This document shows, piece after piece, positions 10,172-17,948 of a stretch of 64,000 nt of DNA (positions are counted from its first letter, which is position 1; each line of letters starts with the position of its first letter). The notes under the pieces are model-generated. The model searched no databases. It had not been told where the DNA came from and saw only the letters and a list, made by a program, of their open reading frames with translations. The position numbers and the translations under genes are program-made. Source of the stretch: Patescibacteria group bacterium (GTDB lineage: Bacteria; Patescibacteriota; Patescibacteriia; SG8-24; DYFX01); assembly GCA_038062835.1 (NCBI GenBank), contig JBBTWH010000009.1:8257-72256 (forward strand), given 5' to 3'.

Positions 10172-10228
10172 TGGAGCTCATTATACAGCCACGTAAAGCG
10201 CTTCGCGCCACGTGGCAGGGAGGGTGTC

Positions 10229-10861
10229 ATGCACCTTTGCACGAACTGTCAGACCGTCGATTGGGAGAAGCGGATCGAAGACGATCTCAAGCTTTCCAAG
10301 AACGGCGGCAAGGTCAAGGCGAACTGTCCGTACTGCACGCACGTCGGCGGCGGCCGCGTCCGCCTACTACATTCGTCGCACAGCCTGTGCGACGTCTGCG
10401 CGAAGGAGCGCGGCGAGTGCCAGGCCTGCGGCGCCTCGACAGGCGATCTTGCCGCGAAGGAAGCCTTCGAGGCGCTCTTCGACGCCTACGTGACGCTGGT
10501 GAAAACATATGGTGCCACGGCGGCACGGAAGATCCTCACCGACGCGACGCTCGCGAAGGAAGAGGAGCCGCACGTCGCGACGCTCGTCGCGCTCGACGTC
10601 GGAGAGGTCGATTCCGCCCAGCCGCATCAGAGGTATCATTACCGCCTGAAGCGCGGCATCTGGACGAAGGTCTGGGGACAGCTGTCCTTCGCCGGGCGTC
10701 CACCGCGCTGCGCCCGTCATGGTCCCCCGCCACGCAACGCGCCGGCGATGGTCCGCGCAGAGAAGTGCGGCCACTGGACCGCCGGCCACCGCGCGAAGTG
10801 GTGCCTCGTCTGCGCCGTCGAGCATCGGCAGTGCGCCGACTGCGAGACCTCTACCGAGTAG
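10229..10861 (+). CDS. Cys-rich putative zinc-binding protein with two CxxCA-x4-CxxC modules
   Basis: GGAGGG RBS before ATG 10229; CTNC, CPYC, CDVCAKERGECQACG, CLVCAVEHRQCADC. The longer ORF-track version is antisense to dnaJ. Confidence 0.7.
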   Translation: MHLCTNCQTVDWEKRIEDDLKLSKNGGKVKANCPYCTHVGGGRVRLLHSSHSLCDVCAKERGECQACGASTGDLAAKEAFEALFDAYVTLVKTYGATAARKILTDATLAKEEEPHVATLVALDVGEVDSAQPHQRYHYRLKRGIWTKVWGQLSFAGRPPRCARHGPPPRNAPAMVRAEKCGHWTAGHRAKWCLVCAVEHRQCADCETSTE

Positions 10862-10878
10862 AGGTCTCTTTTTTGTCC

Positions 10879-10912
10879 ACTGTCGCCCTGACGAACGTCA
10901 GGGCCCAGCACC
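10879..10912 (+). repeat. Palindromic REP-like repeat, left inverted copy flanking the GIY-YIG gene
   Basis: actgtcGCCCTGAcgaacgTCAGGGCccagcacc. Confidence 0.8.
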
Positions 10913-11197
10913 GCACGCGAAGCTATAAAGGTCTTTCCACTCCGGATTTTCTTTTTCTACCAACTCGATCTTCCAACGTCGTTTCCAATTCTTCAGTTGT
11001 TTTTCCCGTGCGATCGCGCTCAGCACGTCCGTCGCGCATTCGTACCAGACGAGGCTTGTGATGTCGTACTGCGAGGTATGGCTGTCGGCCGCGTGTGTCC
11101 GATGCTCGTAGACCCTCTTCACAAGGTTTGATGTGACTCCGATGTACAACGCGCCACCTTTCCGATTCGCCAGGATATAGACGTAGTAGTTTCGCAT
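10898..11197 (-). CDS. Small GIY-YIG nuclease (UPF0213/YhbQ-like)
   Basis: YYVYILA...LYIGVTSNLVKRVYEH...AIAREKQLKNWKRRWKIELVEKENPEWKDL. Confidence 0.92.
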   Translation of the reverse strand: MRNYYVYILANRKGGALYIGVTSNLVKRVYEHRTHAADSHTSQYDITSLVWYECATDVLSAIAREKQLKNWKRRWKIELVEKENPEWKDLYSFACGAGP

Positions 11198-11199
11198 TT

Positions 11200-11234
11200 G
11201 GTACTGGGCCCTGAATCAAGTTCAGGGCGACAGT
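11200..11234 (-). repeat. Palindromic REP-like repeat, right inverted copy flanking the GIY-YIG gene
   Basis: Reverse complement is actgtcGCCCTGAacttgatTCAGGGCccagtacc; it matches the left copy except for the loop and one base. Confidence 0.8.
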
Positions 11235-11246
11235 ACTTTTACTGGC

Positions 11247-13124
<1,878 letters not shown>

Positions 13125-13148
13125 AGTTGTTGGTGATTACGGTTCAAG

Positions 13149-13221
13149 ACCCCTCCTGCCTCCCCTTTCAGGGGAGGAGTATCCCGGATTCTCCCCCTCT
13201 GAAAGAGGGGGCAGGGGGAGT
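13149..13221. repeat. Pair of CCCCT-type palindromic repeats between hsp20 and dnaK
   Basis: acccctcctgCCTCCCCTttcAGGGGAGG and ctCCCCCTCTgaaAGAGGGGGcagggggagt; same family as the copies at 14614 and 15189-15283. Confidence 0.75.
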
Positions 13222-13230
13222 CTTAAAGGA

Positions 13231-13635
13231 TCATTTGTTCTTCACTTCAATCTTGATCTCCTTCTTCTCGCCTTCATCCGCTTTCGGAATCGTGATGCGC
13301 AGCAGCCCGTGCCGGGATTCCGCTTCGGCCTTCTCGCCGATGACGGCCGCGGGGAGCGCGACCTTGCGCTGGAAGGCGCCGTAGCGGACTTCCTTGTAGA
13401 GATAGTCCTGTTCGTCGACTTCGGTGCGATGCTCGCTCTTGCCGCGGAGGGTCAGCACGCCGCCTTCGACGGTGACTTCGACGTCCTTGGGATCGACGCC
13501 CGCCAGCGGCGTCTCGACGATGACGTTCTCGCCGTCCTCATACACGTCGACCGCGGGAATGAACCCCTTCGACATATCCGCAAGCGCGCGCTCCGCGTCG
13601 TCGAACGGGTTTTGGTTTTTGGGGAGGAGGGACAT
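13231..13635 (-). CDS. Hsp20/alpha-crystallin small heat shock protein
   Basis: PAVDVYED...LAGVDPKDVEVTV...YGAFQRKVALP...GLLRITIPK. Confidence 0.92.
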   Translation of the reverse strand: MSLLPKNQNPFDDAERALADMSKGFIPAVDVYEDGENVIVETPLAGVDPKDVEVTVEGGVLTLRGKSEHRTEVDEQDYLYKEVRYGAFQRKVALPAAVIGEKAEAESRHGLLRITIPKADEGEKKEIKIEVKNK

Positions 13636-13639
13636 AGGC

Positions 13640-14227
13640 TTACTGGGATTCGCGCATCTCTTCGCTGTAGAAGTCCTCAACGATTTTTTCCTTAGTCAGA
13701 AAAAGCTTGACCGGCTGTCCAGTGATCTTTTCCCAAATCGCGCGGCCAAACACGTAGAGCACAGAGAGGACACGGAAGAAGAAATAAAGCATGAAGAAGG
13801 CCTGCCAAACGACACCGGGCACACCCAGTACCTTGTCCGGGAACCTCGAGGTCAGCAGGAAGCCCAGCAAGAGAACGACGCTTTCGGCGCTCAGGAACAG
13901 GCCCCAGCGCCGCCCAACCGCTTCCGCAAGAAGAGCCAGCGCGTCCTTGAGCCTGTGGTCAGGCATCGGCACCACCCTATCCTCAGGAAGGCCGTAAAGT
14001 TTCGGGTGCTTGTGTGCGAACTTGAGCATATTTTTTTCCGAACCCGAGGGCATCAAGCTTTTTTCCATGTCAGCCAGAATCGCGTTGTACGCTTCGTTAA
14101 CTTCTTTAAACTTCTTAGGGTCTCCACCCTTGTCGGGATGATGCTTCTTGGCCAACTTTTTGTAGGCCTTCTTGATTTCATCAATCGAGGCTGACGGTTC
14201 AACCTCAAGGACTTCGTGTGGGGTCAT
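13640..14227 (-). CDS. J-domain protein with two C-terminal TM helices (class C J protein)
   Basis: MTPHEVLEV...[28 protein letters not shown] followed by two hydrophobic segments; locally more AT-rich. Confidence 0.8.
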   Translation of the reverse strand: MTPHEVLEVEPSASIDEIKKAYKKLAKKHHPDKGGDPKKFKEVNEAYNAILADMEKSLMPSGSEKNMLKFAHKHPKLYGLPEDRVVPMPDHRLKDALALLAEAVGRRWGLFLSAESVVLLLGFLLTSRFPDKVLGVPGVVWQAFFMLYFFFRVLSVLYVFGRAIWEKITGQPVKLFLTKEKIVEDFYSEEMRESQ

Positions 14228-14229
14228 AC

Positions 14230-14523
14230 TCACTCCGCCTTCGCCTGGAAGCTGGCGCCGGCCGCTTCGAATTTGACCAGCTTGTTGATGGTCTGGACGG
14301 CGAGCTTCATCGACGTGGCGCCGGATTTGTGCTTGGGGAGGTCGCGGAGGCGGATCTTCTGTTCCTTGGCGCGGTTGCCGTTCTCGTCGACGGCGCGCGA
14401 AGGCACCGTCACGAGCATGTCGGGGTCGAGGCGGAAGAAATTCAGGAAGTTCCCCCACTCCTTGAAGGAGAAGCGGTGGTGCTGGTAGTCGGATTCCCAC
14501 TCGAGATCGCTTTTGAACACCAT
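14230..14523 (-). CDS. Hypothetical protein within the heat-shock operon
   Basis: 97-aa ORF packed tightly between grpE and the J-domain gene. Confidence 0.6.
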   Translation of the reverse strand: MVFKSDLEWESDYQHHRFSFKEWGNFLNFFRLDPDMLVTVPSRAVDENGNRAKEQKIRLRDLPKHKSGATSMKLAVQTINKLVKFEAAGASFQAKAE

Positions 14524-14527
14524 ATGT

Positions 14528-15178
14528 TTATTTGTTCACGATGACTTTAGAGGGCCGGACGACTTTGCCGTTGATCTCGTAACCGGTCTGGACTTCTCGG
14601 AGGATCGTCCCGGAGATAACTCCCCCTGCCCCCTCTTGCTCCAAGAGGGGGGAATCCTCTTCACCGACAGCCTCGTGCCGCATGGGATCGAACTTCTCGC
14701 CGCCGGTCTTGATGGCCGTGAGGCCGAGGTCCTTCATCGCGTCGTCGATCTGCTTCTGGATGAAGCCGACGCCGAGGGCCCAGTTGAGGACCGTCTTATC
14801 CTCGGTCTTGGGCATGTGGCTGACGGCGACGTGGAAGTTGTCGAACACCGGGAGGAACCGCTCGACGACGCGGAGCGTGGCGTATTGGCCCATCTCCATC
14901 CGCTCGCGGGCGACGTCTTTCTGGAGGTTCTGGTAGTCGGCGAGCGCGCGCTTCCAACGCTGCTCCATCTCGTGCAAGGAGACGTCGTTGGAGGGCTGGG
15001 CCCCGGCCTCCGCCGGGGTGACATCAGGGGAAGTACGCTCCACCGAAAGCGCGGTGATGTCGGCGCTGCAGGAGCCGTGCTCCTCGCACCAAGCTTCGCA
15101 CTTCTTCATCGTCTCCTCGTCGCGGTAGTGGAAGCCGCATTCGGGACAGGCGTAAGTTTTCTGTTCTTCGTCGGGCAT
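14528..15178 (-). CDS. grpE: Nucleotide exchange factor GrpE with N-terminal Cys/His-rich extension and an in-frame repeat insertion
   Basis: RALADYQNLQK...FLPVFDNF...GEKFDPMRHEAV...GYEINGKVVRPSKV; N-terminal YACPECGFHY...CEAWCEEHGSC. Confidence 0.9.
   Translation of the reverse strand: MPDEEQKTYACPECGFHYRDEETMKKCEAWCEEHGSCSADITALSVERTSPDVTPAEAGAQPSNDVSLHEMEQRWKRALADYQNLQKDVARERMEMGQYATLRVVERFLPVFDNFHVAVSHMPKTEDKTVLNWALGVGFIQKQIDDAMKDLGLTAIKTGGEKFDPMRHEAVGEEDSPLLEQEGAGGVISGTILREVQTGYEINGKVVRPSKVIVNK
14614..14654 (+). repeat. CCCCT-type palindromic repeat located inside the grpE coding sequence
   Basis: agataactccccctgccccctcttgctccaagaggggggaa is a near-identical inverted copy of intergenic 15189-15228. 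Confidence 0.85.
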
Positions 15179-15188
15179 AGTTTTCTTT

Positions 15189-15283
15189 TTCCCCCTCTTG
15201 AAGCAAGAGGGGGCAGGGGGAGTTATCTTCCGAGGGGATAACCCCTCCGGCCTTTGGCCACCTCCCCTTGCTTCAAGGGGAGG
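15189..15283. repeat. Pair of CCCCT-type palindromic repeats between hrcA and grpE
   Basis: ttCCCCCTCTTGaagCAAGAGGGGGcagggggagttatct and acccctccggcctttggccaCCTCCCCTTGcttCAAGGGGAGG. Confidence 0.8.
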
Positions 15284-15285
15284 AT

Positions 15286-15987
15286 CTAATGTCGGAGCGC
15301 TTCTAGTGCGGTCTCGAGGAGAGCGACGCCGGAGTCGTAGTCCATGCGCATCGGGCCGAGGATTCCCAGGACTCCGTAGGTCTCCCCCATCGGCGCGCGG
15401 CCGATGACCAGGCCGCACTCCTGTCCGAACGGGTTCTGGCTGCCGATGAGGACTGCGACAGAAGGCGCGACGTGCGGATACATCTTCTCCATCGTCTCGT
15501 CGAGATGATCGAGCACCTTCGACATCACGGCGACCTGCGAGAACTGGCGGAACTCCGGTTTGGCGAAGAGGTTCGAGAGGCCGGTGTAGTAGACGTTGCG
15601 CGGGGCGAAGGCGACGAGCGCGGACTCCTGCGCGAGTTCCGCGAGCGCCTTGGCGGCGCGGCGGAGGCGTTCGGCGTCCTCGAAGGATTCGTGGACGGCA
15701 TCGCTCATCGCTTCGACGACGTCTTCCGTCGGCGGCTTCTTCTCGAGGAAGTGGGAGACGTAGTAGCGATAGCCCTTTTCGGAAGGCGCGCGGCCCGCGG
15801 AAGTGTGCGGTTGGAGCAGGTAGCCGAGCTCTTCGAGGGCGGCGAGTTCGTTCCTGATCGTGGCCGAGGAAACGTCGAGGCCGGACTCTTCAGCTAGCCA
15901 CGCCGAACCTACCGGCTCGGCGGATTTCACGTACCGCCGGACGGTCAGCTTCAAAAGCGTCTCCTTGCGGGGGTCGAGGGTTTCCAT
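15286..15987 (-). CDS. hrcA: Heat-inducible transcription repressor HrcA (short form)
   Basis: YVKSAEPVGS...SSATIRNELAALEELGYLLQPHTSAGRAPSEKGYRYY; GILGPMRMDY. Confidence 0.95.
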   Translation of the reverse strand: METLDPRKETLLKLTVRRYVKSAEPVGSAWLAEESGLDVSSATIRNELAALEELGYLLQPHTSAGRAPSEKGYRYYVSHFLEKKPPTEDVVEAMSDAVHESFEDAERLRRAAKALAELAQESALVAFAPRNVYYTGLSNLFAKPEFRQFSQVAVMSKVLDHLDETMEKMYPHVAPSVAVLIGSQNPFGQECGLVIGRAPMGETYGVLGILGPMRMDYDSGVALLETALEALRH

Positions 15988-15991
15988 AGCG

Positions 15992-16018
15992 TTAGCAATC
16001 CCATCTTACGAGTGCTAA
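15992..16018. promoter_or_regulatory. CIRCE operator
   Basis: TTAGCAATC-N9-GAGTGCTAA (one mismatch to TTAGCACTC-N9-GAGTGCTAA), directly upstream of hrcA. Confidence 0.93.
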
Positions 16019-16073
16019 GAGGTGTCGTCAAGGCCGACCTGCTATACTGGATGGGCATTAAACACTCATCCCT

Positions 16074-16847
16074 ATGAACTTCAGTTTCGGCAACAGGTCG
16101 GGCAGCCGCCGCAAAGGTGGCCCGTGCGGCTTCCTGCTCCTCATCCCGTTCGGCATCCTCCTCGGCATCATCGGCGTCGTGATGCTGTTCTCCAACATCG
16201 CGCTGGTCGCGAACGGCGTGAAGACGACGGGCACGGTCGTCGATATGGAGACGAAGACGGACGTGAGGGACGAGTACACCGACGACGAGGGCCGCGTGCA
16301 TCCCGCCGAGACGCGCACGTCGTACTACCCCATCATCGAGTTCAAGAAGGCCGACGACGGCACGACGGTCCGCTACACCTCGAACTTCGGGTCTTCTTCC
16401 AAGCCGTCCGTCGGTTCGACCCGTGCGATCATCTACGACAAGGGCAATCCCCAGCGCGCGCAGGACGATTCCGCCTCCAACCTGTGGATCCTACCGATCG
16501 TCCTCATCCTCATCGGGTTCACCTGCCTCGGCTTCGGTATCTTGCTGTTCATCCTGGCGAAGAAGGCCGCCAAGGCGCTGCTCGGCGTCGCGCAGGGTGC
16601 GCAACAAGGCGGCATGGCCGGCGCGAGCGGCATCATCGCCAACCTGATGGGCGGCATGACCGGCGCCTCGGCTTCGCCCGGGATGCCGGCAATCCCCCAG
16701 ATTCTCCCGCCGTCGCCCGTGAACCCGCAGCTGGCCGACTACGTGAAGCAGAGCCGCGCGGTCGGCACGGACGACGCGACGATTCGCGCGACGCTGGCCG
16801 GACAAGGCTGGAGCGCTCCGGACATCGCCGCGAGCCTACGCCATTGA
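16074..16847 (+). CDS. DUF3592-like membrane protein
   Basis: TM, GVKTTGTVVD...YYPIIEF...VG...IIYDKGNPQRA, second TM; C-terminal helical tail. Confidence 0.75.
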   Translation: MNFSFGNRSGSRRKGGPCGFLLLIPFGILLGIIGVVMLFSNIALVANGVKTTGTVVDMETKTDVRDEYTDDEGRVHPAETRTSYYPIIEFKKADDGTTVRYTSNFGSSSKPSVGSTRAIIYDKGNPQRAQDDSASNLWILPIVLILIGFTCLGFGILLFILAKKAAKALLGVAQGAQQGGMAGASGIIANLMGGMTGASASPGMPAIPQILPPSPVNPQLADYVKQSRAVGTDDATIRATLAGQGWSAPDIAASLRH

Positions 16848-16872
16848 CAAAAGCGCCGGGACGCCGTATCCT
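16844..16872 (+). promoter_or_regulatory. Putative sigma70 promoter overlapping a terminator hairpin
   Basis: TTGACA-17 nt-TATCCT. Confidence 0.55.
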
Positions 16873-16889
16873 CACGGCGTCCTTTTTTT
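16859..16889 (+). terminator. Intrinsic terminator
   Basis: GGACGCCGT-atcctc-ACGGCGTCC-TTTTTTT. Confidence 0.7.
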
Positions 16890-16899
16890 CGGAGGCCCC

Positions 16900-17328
16900 G
16901 TGTCCGAACGCACAAACGAAGACATCATCCGCATCGTCACCAAGTACCAACGCTTCGGTATGGTCCACGAGCTGACGTGCACGATCGACAGCCGCCACGA
17001 AGCGCTCGAGCCCGTCGAACGCGACGGCAAGGTCATCCTGGAGTGCCCGACCTGCGGAACGACGCAGGAGCACATCCCCAGCTTCGTGCTGACGTCGGAG
17101 GAGCTGCTCGATTACTCGACGCTCAAGATGGCCGAAGCGCTGGAAGAGGCCGACCGGCGGCAAACGCGCCAGGACGTGTGGATGATCTTCGCCGCCAGCG
17201 GCATCAGTGCCGGCCTGCTCGGCAGCCTTTTGTCAGGCACCATCGGCGGCTTCGGCGGCATCGTCTTCGGCGGCATCGTCGCCTGGTTCGCCACGCGCTC
17301 CAAGCGCGCGTCCATCTCCCGTCCCTGA
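16900..17328 (+). CDS. Hypothetical protein with a zinc-ribbon-like N-terminus and two C-terminal TM helices
   Basis: GGAGG before GTG 16900; HELTC...H...LECPTCGTTQEHIP; Gly-rich hydrophobic tail. Confidence 0.65.
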   Translation: MSERTNEDIIRIVTKYQRFGMVHELTCTIDSRHEALEPVERDGKVILECPTCGTTQEHIPSFVLTSEELLDYSTLKMAEALEEADRRQTRQDVWMIFAASGISAGLLGSLLSGTIGGFGGIVFGGIVAWFATRSKRASISRP

Positions 17329-17366
17329 CGGGATTTTTTTCGAAAAAACGCCCCATACGGGACGTG

Positions 17367-17630
17367 TCAGTAGGTGAAGCCGTGGCCGCGACGAAGGAAC
17401 GGGTCGGCATCCTGCTCGCGCGTCAGGTGGACGCCCTCGACGGCGCGGACGCGCTCGAGATCCTCGTCGGCGACGCGCCCTCCGTAGATCCACGCCTCCC
17501 TGCGCGCGCCGGACGCCGGGCAGTGCCAGCTTTCGTAGTGCGGGTCGAGTTCGAATCCAGCTGCCTTGAGCTTCGCCAGCCTCGCTTCGATCCCCTCGGC
17601 GGGCAAGCTGATGACATAGTAGGGCTTCAT
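17367..17630 (-). CDS. Small hypothetical protein, ferredoxin-like pattern
   Basis: ATG 17630 overlaps the upstream TGA (TGATG); similar to the adjacent ORF. Confidence 0.55.
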   Translation of the reverse strand: MKPYYVISLPAEGIEARLAKLKAAGFELDPHYESWHCPASGARREAWIYGGRVADEDLERVRAVEGVHLTREQDADPFLRRGHGFTY

Positions 17631-17923
17631 CAGTCGGTCTCCGGGTTCTGGCTCCAGGGCCACTTCGGCTCCGCGCCATCGGTCGGCTCCAGCACCGGCG
17701 CGGCCTTCCAGTCGAGAACGCCGTCGATGGCCCGGAGTTCCGGAAGGCTCTTCTCGGGCAGTTCGCCCGTGACTTCGAAACGGTCGCTCGCCGCGGAGGC
17801 CTCGTCGGGCCCCTCGCGCGCGAAACCGACCGTCTCGAGGACGAGCAGGGCGTCGTCGCGACGCCGTGATTCGATGATGAGCGTGATGCGCAAAATGATC
17901 TCCTTTTCGGACGCGAGGAGCAT
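17630..17923 (-). CDS. Small hypothetical protein, ferredoxin-like pattern
   Basis: Directly downstream of the P-type ATPase; start uncertain (17923 or 17947). Confidence 0.5.
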   Translation of the reverse strand: MLLASEKEIILRITLIIESRRRDDALLVLETVGFAREGPDEASAASDRFEVTGELPEKSLPELRAIDGVLDWKAAPVLEPTDGAEPKWPWSQNPETD

Positions 17924-17948
17924 ACGCGATTTCCGCGCGCTCGTCAAC

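Noticed and set aside
8942-10228. N-terminal two-thirds of the 639-aa plus-strand ORF
   Set aside because: Antisense to dnaJ; only the part from ATG 10229 has an RBS and a plausible product.
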